A stretch of DNA of 64,000 bases from the human T2T-CHM13v2.0 reference genome, Homo sapiens: NCBI RefSeq assembly GCF_009914755.1, contig NC_060935.1. One strand, 5' to 3'. Of the stretch, positions 38,227 to 54,079 are shown piece after piece. The notes beneath the pieces were generated by a model, which made no database searches, was not told the DNA's origin, and saw only the letters and a program-made list of their open reading frames with translations. The position numbers and the translations under genes are program-made. Every line of letters starts with the position of its first letter. Within the stretch, counting starts at the first letter, position 1.

Positions 38227-39592
38227 GGGAGGAGTGTGCCTAATCCATGAAGGAGGATGTTAAAAGATATATTTGGTCTTCAGGTGATCAAAATTAATGC
38301 TATGATTATGGACGTGTGAGTGTGATTTGATGGTTATCCAAAGGAACTGTTTGTTGGAGACAGGTGGAGTGGTAGGTGATGTGCATTCTCAAAGAAGGAC
38401 TTTTTAGTAGATGCAAGAGTAGAGAAGGTTTTATCTCAATTTATTCTTCAATTTTTTTTCTTTTGTGAATGCAAGATGCTTTATCAACCCACATGTATTC
38501 CAGAATGTGCTCAGGTCTACAGAGTGCAATTTCCCATGTCACTGTGGCAAATTCAGGTGCTGTGAACCATTCTGCTTTATTACTGGAGCTGAGTGGCCGT
38601 GATCAAGCCATTGTGCAATGCACCTGCCCCTCACCCAGTGCCTCAGGGTTGGACATCTGCTTTAATAACCCCAATTTATCATGGGATAAAACACCCACTT
38701 TATCATGGGCCCTCTCATCAACTCACATCCCCTCAGGTAACCTGTATATTTCAGTAGTGGTCTTCTCTGAGTCATCATCAGCATCACCAAGTATAAAGGA
38801 GTAACACAAAGGGCAGGAAATCTCTCCCAGATTGGAGAGAAACCCACCCCTTGAAGAAGTGCTAAAACATATCCTACCACATAGGCAGTTGTTCCCTTTG
38901 CCCACGTGAAGACAGATCTGATGCACTTTCCTCAGGGCTGAAGAATAAAAATTTCAGGTTCGGAACCTTCAAGAGAAAAAGGCCCTGGCTGCAGGCGCAG
39001 TCAAGTAAGAAGATGAGTGGAAGAGGGAGCTGGGGCGGCTGCGGCCACGCTACCTCAGCTGTAATTGTGATGATTCTTTATTCTTAATGCTAATTTTGAA
39101 GTTTTCCAAGGAATTATTTTACTTAGTGTCAACGATACAGATAACACTGTGGATAAGCTCTTTATATTCGAGCAGAGAAACTGGTCAGTGTCCTCTCTGG
39201 GGGCCTATTAGCCAGGCCCTAGCTTGAATCACTCTGGCGGTTGCATGCTGCCTTCATTAATGAGACTGACAAGCCGCTCCTGCATGTGAAGAATTCAGCA
39301 GCAGAAGACGCCTGTTGCCCTCATGCCCCAGTCAGTTTTCTCCCGCTCCAAACCCATGGCATCTTTTCTCAGGCAAGCATCGCGCAGCGTGGTGTTGGTG
39401 ATGGTAAAGGGCCATGAAGCTGCTGAGTAATCTCCCAAACTAGCAGAACCCCTCCAGCCAAGAATGGCTGGCAGGCGGGGGTTGCCTTCCTAAGCCTGAA
39501 GGACAAGGCAACCAGAGGAGAGTGAGGCCACATGGTTGTCCCTCATGTTTTGACACTGCAGGACTTGTCTCCAAAATCTCATTTTCTGATAG

Positions 39593-40713
<1,121 letters not shown>

Positions 40714-41100
40714 GTAGGTTTCTAACCTAAGCTGACAGAATCCCTAATAAAAGGCAGCAAAGACCACAAGAATTTATGTTTCTTAGAGGAAGGAAGGAGG
40801 CATGAAGAAAATTCTCTATCTCATTTATGTTTTATAACATATCATCTTTTAAAAAAACTCTTTTCCTTCTCTTTGTTTTTAACTGTTAAGATGCTAAAAG
40901 GGGGCCAGCCTCTTTCAAACCCTTGCTAAAAGGAATAGAATCTGAGTTAAGAGAGAACAATCATCTTTGGGACATTAATTAAGCACCCACACATGAGAAA
41001 GCCTGTTTAGAACCAAGGTCTGCTTATGGCAAACTCAAAGCAGTTTGTGCCCACAGGGCAATAAAGAGGCGATAAGGAGGCAATTAACCTCTCCTCTAGA

Positions 41101-41140
41101 GAGCAACCAGGGAGAGAATGGAGCAACCAGGGAGAGAACG
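41101..41140. repeat. 20-bp tandem duplication
   Basis: gagcaaccagggagagaatg / gagcaaccagggagagaacg. Confidence 0.92.
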
Positions 41141-41575
41141 GAGGACCGAGACCTGTGTAAAGGACCCATCTCAGCCATGAGTAAAAGTTGATCTCTCCTC
41201 AACAAGATCTTTCTCCCGTTACATAGATACTAATTTCTATTCTACCAGACTTCACAATGCGTGACCCTCTCTCACACTGTGACCCAAAGGTGTCATTCCC
41301 CTGCATGTGGAAGGTCTTTCACGCTCTCACTTGTCACCAGCAGGTGCCTTCTTCAAAAGGGTTTCTCACCATTCAAACTGGGTAATAGAGGCAAAATAAT
41401 GTATTCAAGGCCAGTCAGAAGAATTAAGCCTCAAACTCATTTATAACATTCTCATTCTAGATTTTGATGTTCTTATGAGTTTAGCACACAACTTATATCT
41501 AAGTGGTTGAAGGAATTTTTATTTACTTTATGCTCTAATAGAGTATTAAAATACTTGTAAAAAATATAAAAGCAA

Positions 41576-41830
41576 GACCGAGTGTGGTGGCTCACACCCG
41601 TAATCCCAATAATTTGGGAAGTTGAGGCTGGAAGAGTTGGAGACCAGCCTGAGCAACACAGAGAGACTCTGTCGCTACATAAAAATTAAAAAATTAATCA
41701 GGCATAGTGGCGCATGCCTGTAGTCCCAGTTACTTACGAGGCTGAGGTAGGAGGATTGTTTGAGCCATGGTTGCGCCACTGCACTCCAGCCTGGGTGAGA
41801 GAGTGAGACTCTGTCTCAAAAAATAAAAAA
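41576..41830 (+). mobile_element. AluJ-like with internal deletions
   Basis: ggaggattgtttgagcc (J-type); TSD aaaagcaa. Confidence 0.88.
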
Positions 41831-41879
41831 GCAAAAGTTGACAGGTGCACTACTTTCTTAAGGAAAAACCTGGTTGATA

Positions 41880-42840
41880 TGCTGCTCAGACTGGAAAAAG
41901 TAGATGATTTAGAGTCACAAAACCTAATATCAAGACCAAATCCTGCTACCTATCAAATGTATGACTTTTCGTAACTTAAATAACTTCTCTGAACCTCAAT
42001 TTTCTCATTTTTAAAGTTGGGATGACACCATCTCAGACTGTGAGAATAAAATGAGAAGTTTGTAAAAGACATTTGCAAACCATAACTCATGCATTCAATT
42101 TGCTTATTACTACAGCCCAGTATTTCCAATTCTTCTCACTCCATCTTTAGAAAGCAGAATGTGCTGTCATTCAGAGTGATACTGATGCTGACTCATGGGT
42201 CAGGTTCAGCTATCCTTGTGTACATACAAAGCAGGTCTCAGAGGGACCTTGGGCAAGGGACCTTGGGAAAGTGGCTCTGAGTGAGTTTTGCCCTCTGTGA
42301 AATGATGGGATTGCATTGCATCATATCAAAGCTCCCTTTCAGTTTTAATATTCTATACCTCTAGCTACTATTAACAGGTACGTCATAATTTTGCCTCCCC
42401 GAGATGTCCCTTTCTGAATATTTGTCTCCAACTTTATACTTGTATTGACCCTTTTAGTATTAGCACAGACATTTGTTACACACCAAAAATACAATATTGT
42501 TTATGTTAAAAAATCCCTTTTGCAAATAAAGATGAGCAGTTCTAGGCTACACGATAATCGCTGATGAACTGAGAGATTAAAACTAAAGAACTTGACATAC
42601 CTCTCCTTAATTAATTTATAATGCTTAATACCAATAACAATAATAAAGTTAGCTCCTGCTATACTAGTGGCTATTATAAATATATATGCTAGACACTGTA
42701 TTCAGATTATTTGCATGAATTCTCTCAACATCTTTGAGATAGGCAACTTTATTTCCATTTTATAGGTTAGTAAATTGAGCCTCAGAAAGGTCGTGTGTCC
42801 CAGCAAATATAGTAAGTGGGAGAGCTAGTTTTGCTATAAA
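41880..42840. mobile_element. Cluster of MIR fragments (41880-42080 +, about 42250-42355 +, 42640-42840 -)
   Basis: aacttctctgaacctcaattttctcatttttaaagttggg; ccattttataggttagtaaattgagcctcagaaagg. Confidence 0.7.
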
Positions 42841-45810
42841 ACTCATGCTTCACCCCTAATTCATATTACATCATATGATTCTAATATAAAGCAGAATATA
42901 TTAATTGGCACATTAGCGTATTAAGCCATTTCCACAGAGGACACAGATACTAAATCTAAATTAAATTCCTTTGTTGGCTTTTATGGAGTTTAATATATAT
43001 TTTTCTACCTCAATAGGACAAAAGGTTCCTAATCCTGTTATGAAAATAAATATTATAATTATAAAACCAATGGATTCATTAGCTTAACAAATATTTCTAG
43101 AGTGCCCAGGATGTGCTGAATATCATCTATACACAAAGAATTAATCAGCAGTGAAAAATGGACAAAAATCTTTGTTCTTGTGGAGCTTTGCTTTCTATAT
43201 GCGTTTGTTCAAAAACCAACCAACAGACAGACAAATAAATAACTTTGCGGTCACTGTTGTAAGATGATCAATGTCTCTTCTGGGTTGATTTTCTTCACTT
43301 GAATTTCCTATTTGTCTTAAAGCTATATTTTAAAAAACAGTTTGGGCTCAATATTGGTACAGCTATTAGATATTTAAAAGTCAGCATCTCTTCTGTACCC
43401 ACTAAAAGCTCTTTTATTAATCCACCTTCACCTAAATACTAAATTACCTGCAGAATGATTGTGTTTATGTAGAGCTTATTTTAAATTTGATATCAGGACT
43501 GATGCCTAAACCTGATTAAATTATGTATTGTCAATGTAACTTTTAAATGGCTATCTTTGGATTTGATTTGCTCTAAAAAGTACTCCTAATCAAGCTTTTT
43601 CTTGCCCTGTCATCTCCATGCCAATAGTCTATTGCAATAGACAAGCACTGGATTTTCCCTTTCCGTTTTTGTGGTCATTGGAATAGCTTTTCAGTGTGTC
43701 TGTATGATGTCAGTCTTAGTTGAATTCAGAATACATATGACATTTCTCCCTTGCTTCTTCAAGAGACCTAAAAATGTTGAGAGATTTGCTTTGGCTCCCT
43801 GAGTTCTTTGGAAATTAATCAGAACACTTCTTTATCAAGTTTTGAAGTCTGTAGCCTACATTTTCTTTGGTGCTATCATTTTTCATGACACACCGGGTCA
43901 CGACATCCCAGTCTGGAGCCACCACTTCCTGTGGGGCAAGTTTCTCTTAGACAAGCTGCAAAAAACCACAAAGGAGAAGACACATGTTTTAAAATGAAAT
44001 GTAGCAATCATCCTCTTTGGGAAGGAAACAGTAATTACATGTTTGAAGGAGTTATAATTGGATTTTATGTCTCCCTTTTTTTGATAGTTATTCAAGCTAT
44101 GGAGTTAACACACTCCCCCCATCTTTTATTCAGTCAGTTTGAGAAAAGGAAGAAAGATTTATTTGTAATTATCAGAAATAAACACAGTTCCTGAGAAGTA
44201 AACACAAAGGAGTAGAACCTGGCTTGAATCCCACCTCGTTAAAGATGCAAATTAGAAACAGGTCATCGAAATGGGAGGTTTCACTAATCCTTTCTCAACA
44301 ATGTAAATCACTAAATTAGCCCCCAGTTCAATGGCATCTGCAGTGTGTAACTTCGGGTTTAATACAAGGGATCCCAAAAGGAACAACAACGTCCTTTGGG
44401 CCTCTATTATTGTTCTGGTGGCATTTATTTTGAGTTGTGGGGCATGAGGCATGTTCACTTAATGCCTGCTCCCACCTGCTGTCATTGCATTGTCTGCCTC
44501 ACCTATAGAGCTGTCCATTCCTTAATTCTAGTCCATCTGTGATCTCTCTCCAAACCTTCTGATCTATTTCCAGTTGATCAGCATCAGGCTGTCCTTCAGG
44601 TGCTGGCCCCAAGTTCCCCGAAGCAGATGTGTGCAGATCATCAATTCTAACTCAGACTGTGCAACTTGCCTTTGGGGGACATGACAATCCCAAATACAAC
44701 AACATGAAAATGAGGACAGAAACCACAGTGCCTTGCCTCGGAAAATGGAGTTTTAACAATAATCTTCTAGGCTTTCTCAGTCATAATTGGCTAAATCCAC
44801 GAAGGTCTGATCTGTCCTGTCCTCAAGAACTACCAAGGAAGATGGAGAACTCACTGCAGTCTACAGAAACTGACTGTATATTAACTTGCAAATAATGGAA
44901 TCTGATTGATTCAATTGAAGAAATGCTTTTCTACTCTTCAAATCCCTTCTTCTCATGTAAAGTCCTTCCAAAACATCGTGCCTCTTATGCAAATAGTTTC
45001 AGTTTATGGCCAGCACATGGGTTCTCTGGAACCAAAGTATCAATGACCTCTCATTAGTCCAATTTCTTTACTGCTCAAAACACTTCTATAGGAGCATCTC
45101 CTATTCCCATTCCCCAGTGTCCTGAGAAGGTTCCTTAAGCTGTCCATTGACCCTAGGTTTCTAGGACTGTCAAAACTTTATATTTGTTTTTCCACGTGTT
45201 CTATTCTCCCACATTGATGTTTCGAATGCCCTATTCTGGACACATCACCCACAGATCCCCCAGGAGTGTTTTTGTCCCACTCACACCCCATTTTCAGTGT
45301 AAACACTCCTTCTTGATGGATATCAAAGAGAAAAGGCCGTGGCACAGAAAACCAGACCTATAAGCAGAATGTCTGGCTGCTGTGCTGGAAGATAGACACC
45401 CCTTCTGGACATCAGAGATATTTTTATGCTACTCAGCTGCCCCCTGAGATATTTCTAGCTAGCTGAAGTCACACAAATATTGTAGGGTCATTTGGCAGAG
45501 ACTATAACTAGTTCTATTTTAAATAAGATCTATAAATGTAGGCACTTGACAAACACTGAATAATAACAGGAAGAAAGACAATTCCCTCAGGAAATCGTGT
45601 TACTCTCTCATATGTATTACGGTTAGGAATTTTTCCACTCACCAGGGGACCAAATTTTTCTTGATTTAGCTTTATCCTATTAAGGTCAGTTTTGCCGTAT
45701 TATGTTGTTTTGAATATGTTGATATATTCTGTTGATTTGAATGCTCTGCTCAAGACTTGGACTTCTATTTCTCAATCTATGGGGTTCATATAAACTGCTC
45801 TGCCTTAAGC

Positions 45811-45813
<3 letters not shown>

Positions 45814-45871
<58 letters not shown>
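45814..45871. repeat. Perfect (AT)29 microsatellite
   Basis: Read directly. Confidence 0.97.
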
Positions 45872-45874
<3 letters not shown>

Positions 45875-47141
45875 ATCTGTATAGCAAGAAGTGCTGTAGC
45901 ATTGATTTGCAATTTAAGATCCTTAACATAAATCCGATCTTCTTCTGCAAAACTTAAAACACAGCCTTTCCTCAGCATAGAAAATTATTTTTTAAAATAT
46001 CTTTCTATTATATTCTTTTCTTTTTTAATCCCTCAAATACTCAGAGAATTAAAAGCAGAACTTGTATTTAAATGAGCTTCTTCCATCTTAATTTCACCAT
46101 CTGAGGTCATATCATAGCATTTTCCATCTGAAAGCAACTCTCCTGTTTGTCACAAAATCAACTCCCAAATTGAAGTACTAAGTAACAAGTATTTAGAAAG
46201 TGATTTGATTCTTGTAATATCTCCAGTCTAATTTGCATCAGTCACTTTACTTTCTTTCTTTCTGCAACTGCTTCCATACTCACTGAAAAGTAGAGGGGTA
46301 GACTTTTTTAGAGCTAAATGTTTGGTATAAAACAGATATTCCACTAATTTGCTTTGCAAATTGGGCTCTCTGTGATTTACTATAGAATGCACTCCAGGAG
46401 ACTTAAAAAATCTAGGGATAACTTGCTTTGCCATTCACACAAAGGCACTTAATCATTCTGGATGTTGCTGCTTCTATCCGGGAAATGACGATTCTATCAC
46501 CTATTTCTTTAGCAGAAGGGACATTTGCTAGGATTCCTGCAAAAGCCCTTTTTGGATAACAAAACATGTACATTAATAATAATTCCGGCTTTTCTGTTTA
46601 GGAATCATGGTTTTTTTTTTTTATGATTCTTGCCGAAAATTAAACTTAAAAACAAACAAAAAACCCACATTCCCCTGTGTAGTCAAAACACAACATATTC
46701 TTCGCAAAGAAAAAGAAGTTGAATGGATGAGCATATTTTTCATCACTCATGCTCTTTGAACCGGCAGTAAATGACAAACATGAGGAGAAACAAGAGCACT
46801 AAACTGGTACCCGTAATCTAGTCCTGACCGACACTAGCTTGAGACATTGAGTGTGACCTTGGGAAATCAAAGAGCTTTCCTGGGCCTCAGTTATCCAATC
46901 TGAAATCCAGGATATTGGATGTGGTGGTTGCCAAGACCTCTCCAATTAAAGGCTGTAATTTAGAAATTGTCTTTTTTAACCTTTTTCAAGGAATGATAGT
47001 ATATTCAATGCAGCCTGGAAATAATGATGGTATCACTGTTTTTGATGGAATTGGTACTGGATAACCTTACATTAAGTAGAACCAGGCTGCATTTTCAGCA
47101 AGAGAGCATATTATCTAATAGATACAAAATATAAAAATAGA

Positions 47142-47429
<288 letters not shown>

Positions 47430-48084
47430 GAAAAGCTCCTTTTTGTGTATTTGAGAAACAAATTGTTAGTAAAATGAGCTGACTGTGCTCTTTGAGCCCC
47501 TGAGCTGCCTGCCCTGAGGATTACGTGTGACATGTAACAAATCCCGGGAATGCTGTTTCAGTCTGTGAGGCAGGGCTCCATAATTATTTTTAATACATTT
47601 CTAGGCTTGTTTTCAGAATATACAAAGAAAACATTCAATAATGTCATCTAAATTGTGAAGGGCAATTAGATTGTTACATTGGGATTTTCACTGGATTATG
47701 TGGTGAGGTTTCCTCACTTGGAATAAGGCCCTCCTTTGTTTTCTCATTGATTTAAAATGACAAGTTTATAAAGAGCAAAAATGTTTGGATGACTGACAGT
47801 TCAAATTTTGTGGTAAAGAGTAATGGTTTTGTTCTGAGGAATAGGGCAAAGACTCTCTCCGTGTATTGACAAAATTGTGATTCTAGAAGCCACACCAATC
47901 CCATTCCCAGCTAAGGGTATTAGAAAAGAAAAATGCCTGCAACCTTATCCACTGGTTCAAAAGTAGACTGTGTCACAGATAGCTTAGAAAAACATTTGTT
48001 TAGCTGTATTTTTGACTGAGATGGCTCAATGTCATAAATTGATATTTAACATCTCTGGAAGGTAGAGACGAGGTGTCATGAGGC

Positions 48085-48210
48085 AGGAAGAGCAGTACTG
48101 CACAGAATTTGATAACAGAGTCTGTGGAGTCAAAACACTGGCATTCCAACTCAGCCCTGCCATTTACTTACCTGTGAGATCTTATCCAAGTAGCTGAACC
48201 TTAAGAGGAT
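48085..48210 (+). mobile_element. MIR fragment
   Basis: tggagtcaaaa...ccctgccatttacttacctgtgagatctt. Confidence 0.7.
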
Positions 48211-48547
48211 CTTTATCTCATGAAATAAGCTTTGTAAAATACATCAATGGAAAGAATGGGGCAGATGCATTTTGCCACATGAAATATACCTTTATACCTT
48301 CTTTAAAAAGAAGTTAACAAAGAATTAAAATTTGCCTTGGACCATAAGTAATCATTTATAGGAAAAAAACTATGGGAGTGCTCATATCTAATGCTGAGAG
48401 AAAATGACTTACTTTATGTATGTAAACAGAAGCAACATTCTAAACAAGTTTCGTGGACCTTCTATGTGACAGTACTGGATCACACTGGCCCAAGGCTAAG
48501 AACATGAATCAAAATATAGGTTTAGATTTCACTTAGATCAGGTTCTT

Positions 48548-48682
48548 TGTCTTTTTCTTTTCTTTTTTGGCAGCGTCTTACTATGTTGCCCAGGTTGGCC
48601 TCAAACTCCTGGGTTCAAGTGGTCCTCCCACCTCAGTCTCACAAAGAGCTGGGGTTACAGGAGCCCATCACCATGCCTGGCC
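48548..48682 (-). mobile_element. FLAM / Alu left monomer at the start of a MER5-like element (to ~48872)
   Basis: tatgttgcccaggttggcctcaaactcctgggttcaag...cctggcc; caggttctt on both sides. Confidence 0.85.
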
Positions 48683-51600
48683 AAGCCAGGTTCTTAAACT
48701 TAACGTGCATCCGAGTCATCTGGAAGACCTATTAAAACAAGATTACTGGGTTTCATTCTAGAGCTTTTGAATCAGTATAGCTGAAGTGGGGCCAGAGTTA
48801 GAAAGTACATCTCTAACAAGATTAGATAATGCTTATGCTGCTGGTATGGTGAGCACACTTTGAAGACCACAATGCATTATCATCTCCGAGTGCCTATTTG
48901 TATAATAAAATCACTACTGGAGTGTGTCAAAGGAAAGCTGAGAGAGTTCACTGCATGAAGTGACTGGCATATTTCTTTCTCTCTGAGTACCAGTCTTAAG
49001 ACAGAGGAAGAGAAATGGAATGGTTAACGTACCAAACCATTCTTTTTTCCTTCCACTGGTTATGAATACATCTATTCAGTCATTCATTCAAACATGGGAT
49101 GTTTGAGTGTGTACGTGTGTGTGCTCATGCGTGTGTGCCTGCACAGGCATAGCAGTAGATTCTGGGTTACAGCATAAAAGGAGAGAAACCAAGATTATAG
49201 CATTGGGGTTAATAAAGCCTAAGAAAGAGGCAGGAACTCATTGCTCACCTCAAGCCTTACCCAGCAGGATTTCGGACTATTCTGTATGTGTTAGGTGGAA
49301 AGCAGCTTTCAGTTTAAAAGGAAATATCATAAGAAATTAAGAGATTCCATATAGAAAAGTGCAATTGTATAAAGAAAACATGCAAAATAGGCTTTACGAA
49401 ACCTTTCAGGTTGACTCATTCTCTCATCAGACCACTAATAAGACCTAACATTGATCTTGCTCTTGCATAGAAGGCACATAGAAGGTGGAAGATGCTGTTC
49501 TACACATATTAGTCATTTTAGCCCCATGACAACCCTATGAAGTAGGTGCTAACATAGACCCCACTTAAATATAAGGAAACGGAGCCACAGATAATTTCTC
49601 CTTTGTTCTTAAGATTGCTTTATATATTAGATAATGTATACTTGAAAAACATTTGACTATGTGAATTGTGAGTGAATGGATGCATTCAATGGCAAGAAGA
49701 TATTTTTGCTCACTGTTGATACCTCCTGACCTCCCATTGCATGGCTATTCACGGTCAAAACAGCTAGTGAGCCTCCTGACAGCTCTCTGAACTAGGTGAA
49801 GACTAGGTTAAAGCCATTGCAGAAAAATAATGGTCTCTTGGTTTTCACAAGATTGTCCAAGTCCTTATTTGCAATTGTGTCAACTTCTGTGTTATTTCTC
49901 CTACCAACTAACTCCATTTCCTTCCCAGTAGGGTAGCCTCTGCAGTGTCATAGGGCTTATATGTCATGCATTTTTAAAATGTAGGATAAAAGATGTTGAG
50001 TGTCAGCTACATGTGGAGTGTTGGCCTGGACCATCCAGTGACAGCACCTGGTGTACTCCCATGGGTAGTTTCAAGAATTCTGTGCCAACAACTCAAATTT
50101 TTTCATCCTGTTAGCAAATTGGATGCTATTAAATGGAGAACAAAAAGGCCTATGTCCATCCAGTTTCATTACCAAGTCTGATGAACATCTGATTATTGTC
50201 ATGATTTAAATGTTCATCTACTCAGCATGAGAAGGAAACAGCATTTGAAACCATGTCTCTTCTTTTTCCAGAAATCCATTTTTATGCTTGTGACCAGCTT
50301 AGGGTACTATTTCACAGAGGGGACTTAGAAGTCTAAGCTCCAGTTGACAGTATCGACAGATTTGAGGGTGTTGATTAAGGGACTTGATATGGCAAAATAC
50401 CCTCCTGGTTGCAACCTAGTGTTTGTAGAATCATAAGCTTGCAGAACACGTGCTTCAATCAGCTGGCTGTGTAAGAATTCAATCAGCGTTAATCTAACAC
50501 AATGCAGCACCTGCTCCCCGACTGATTTCTAGTGTTCTTCAATCAAAAGCAGCAGAAGAAAAGCATCATTTATCGTAAGCAATGTTAGCAGACCTGAAAA
50601 TTCAAGAACCTGAAGTTCAATAGGAAGATCAGGTTTGCCTTTTGCTTCTCTTCCTGTCATTGGTGATGCTACAGGAAAAAAAAAAAAAATGAGCTGTTGT
50701 TCACAAAGAAAGTGGGAGAAGGTTGGTGTGTCCAGCACTAAATTCACTCCATATAAAATGAGTGCTGTAATTAGGTGCTGGTAATTAACACTCGTTGCCA
50801 TGCAGCTCATGCATCTATAGGATCAGGCATCTTTTGGGACTTGGCAGTTTTCCTCTAAGCTACAGCACTAAACAGAGAGGACAGATGACATTAGTAAGCT
50901 GTATTAAAGAGAACCTGACTATATTGCTCCATATTCAGTCTTAGATCCAAAGCCAGCTTGCCACTTTGGTGGAAAATTGATAAATCAATCACTTGCTGGA
51001 AAATTAATAAATCACCCAGGGGAGGTGCTTTCACTGCAATAGAAAATAAACCACAGAAACATTTTCCCTTCAAAATGTTGAGCTTCCGGAGGCAGGAACT
51101 AGTAAATCCTGTTCACAATTTCATCCCACGTGGTTAGAATGGTGTCTGGTTATAATAGGTGCTCCATGAATGTTTACTGAATAATAATTAAACAAAGCAA
51201 ACATCACCAACATTTATGTGCAAAGATGTTCCCTACCACTCAAGTTCATGCCAAAATAAAAATTAAAATGTCCATTGGTCCTTGTATTGAAATTGATCAT
51301 GAACCACCTTTTCCCACTGGCTTTAACAATTCCTCTAAATGGAAATAGCACAATTTTCCTAAAGCAGACACTTATTAAGAATGGAAATCATGCTTTGCAA
51401 TTCAAACTCCCAACTTCATAGTACAATGCACAGTATTTGACTTGAGATAGAAAATGTGTGACTTACAAGTAAAGGAGAACTTGGTATCATTGGAGAATAT
51501 GTCCTCAGTTCCTGGCTCTTTGCCCAGAAGGATTATTTTAGAGCAGGTTGAATTCTCTACTAATTATCTTCAAAACAGCTGGACTACTGGATAAACTCTA

Positions 51601-52566
51601 TCTTAATGCACAGTACAAGAGCAAATAAGGATAATTAAACTTTGATTTCAGACGAGACTGACAAGGGGAGTGAGTGGAAGACTGTGCTCTAAGATTGAAG
51701 GCAGAGGAGACAGCATAGTTGTTACCTCATAAAACCCCCCTTCAGGACCAAAAAGTATGACCTATTGTTAATACATTGCAGCTAACTTTGATGAATGCCT
51801 ACCTTAGCCTGATTATTTTATTTGCTTTGGGAAACACCTAATCAATTCCACTGGGGCCCTAAGTGATTTCAAACAAATTGTACAAACAACCCCTTGATTT
51901 CATCAGAAACATGCAGCTAACAGAATTAGCACCTAAACTTCCTGTGGGCAAAGGTAATAACATTCTCCAAATGAAGAATATATTAAAAAAGGAAAATTCA
52001 GCTTAAGGATGATGAAGCCATACTTCATGGTAAGTGTTCTGAAGCATTCTTGCCAAATGAGAAATCTGTAAATTACCTGGGTAAGCAATCAGCTCCAGAT
52101 TATAATTGCCAATTTGAGAAAATTTTACCAACAATTAAGCAAAATCAAATAACCCATTTGAAGAAGTGGAGTGGTATAGGCCACCACCTTTTCCTTCTTG
52201 TTAAGGTTTGCTATAATTGGTTTTCATTTTCCTTTAGAAATTGAAATTCCTTTCTCTTTTATTGGGCTAGAAATAATCAAGGGCCACCACGGAGAGGTCC
52301 AGACACATCTGGACACGAGTCTCTGAGTGATTTGGTTTCAGTATGAAAATAGGAGTTATGTGACCCAGTAATAAGAATCTTAAACTCAAATGACAAAGAA
52401 ACACGTGACCTATTTTTCTAGTTTATTATACCAGATTGGTTCCAGAAATTAGAATACAAACCACACTCTCTGCAGGATGACTGAGAGAGGCTCTGATTTC
52501 ATGTTCTTCCTAAAACCTCTCACAGTTCTGCCATATCTAGCTATGAATCTTGGTGAAATCATTTAA

Positions 52567-52938
<372 letters not shown>

Positions 52939-53034
52939 AAGTCAATGTCTTTCTCTATAAATGTTTGATGAGTGCTTACTATGTGCCAGCTATTGTGCAC
53001 AGTAAAGAAGATATAAAAAATGAACAACAACTTT

Positions 53035-53536
53035 GTGCTACATGCTGCCAGTTGCTTCCTATCTTCATGCTCCCCTTCTTTCTTCTAAGAGAACCTCAGA
53101 GCTGTTGAAGGTGGTGACTGCATAGATAAAACACATCTTTCTAGACTTTCTTGCAGCCAGAGGTGACCACGTGCCTCAATTCTGTCCAATAAGAAGAAGA
53201 TGGGTATCTGCCCAAGGATCCCAGGACTTTGGAGTTTACAGATACCTATGCTGCAATTCTCCCCTTCCTTCCTTAGTTTTGTTCTGGTCTGTGGTGACAA
53301 AGGAAGGAACAAGCATTTTGAGACCAGGAAATGGCAAGACTTAGAAACTATAGACTACGTATGATAGAGAGAAAGGAAAGATGATACCTGCGACATTAAT
53401 GGCATAAAAAATTATTGCCTAGCTCTGAAATGCATACCTTCAAAGATCTTTGTTGAGAAGAACGGACTCCTACTGGGTTCAAACACAGCATGTGCGTTTT
53501 ATCACTTGCAGCCAAATACAACCTCAGCTGATGCAA
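53035..53536 (+). mobile_element. Old ERVL-class LTR (LTR16/LTR33-like) within an L2 relic
   Basis: cttgcagccagaggtgaccacgtgcctcaattctgtccaataaga...cacttgcagccaaatacaacctcagctgatgca. Confidence 0.6.
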
Positions 53537-54079
53537 TGCTTCCGTGCCCTTGAGACACTTAGGGGGATTATAGGCACATATGCAAATTAATTAAAAGGAT
53601 ATGTGGTAAAGGTTATGAAAAATACGGAGAGAGAGTGAGAGACTGTTCATTGGAAGCACGGCCCCTTAGAACTTTGCCTGTCCATTTTGGGAGTTGGAGT
53701 CAAGTAAATGTTCCTGAAATACGATATGCTGCATAATCCTTGAATGATGGGTACTGTTAGTCTAGGGGGAAAGGCAGTGATGGTATGGTGTATTCTAGGC
53801 CAAATAAAAGCACAATGGAAGCCATGGAAGTGCGGGAGGCAGGAGCAGTATTATGGCAATGTGCAATTCAAAGTGAGCCCTGGGCAAGGAGGTGAAGGGC
53901 TGAGCATGAGAGCTTATATAACACATTAAGGAGCTTAACAATCCATCTTCAAAGGAGACAGATGCTGAGGGGTTTCATGACCAGGCTGAATAACTTCACT
54001 AGTCTGTGCTAGGCTTAGTTGATACATAGAAAAACAAGCTTAGTAGACCTGTGTGCACTGTATATTTATGTAATGACAC

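Noticed and set aside
48160-48185. tctcacag|gtaagt as a recursive splice site (OPCML is reported to use recursive splicing)
   Set aside because: Lies in a MIR with no pyrimidine tract. I found no convincing YnNYAG|GTRAG site in the window by eye, and I recall the reported site being in the first intron.
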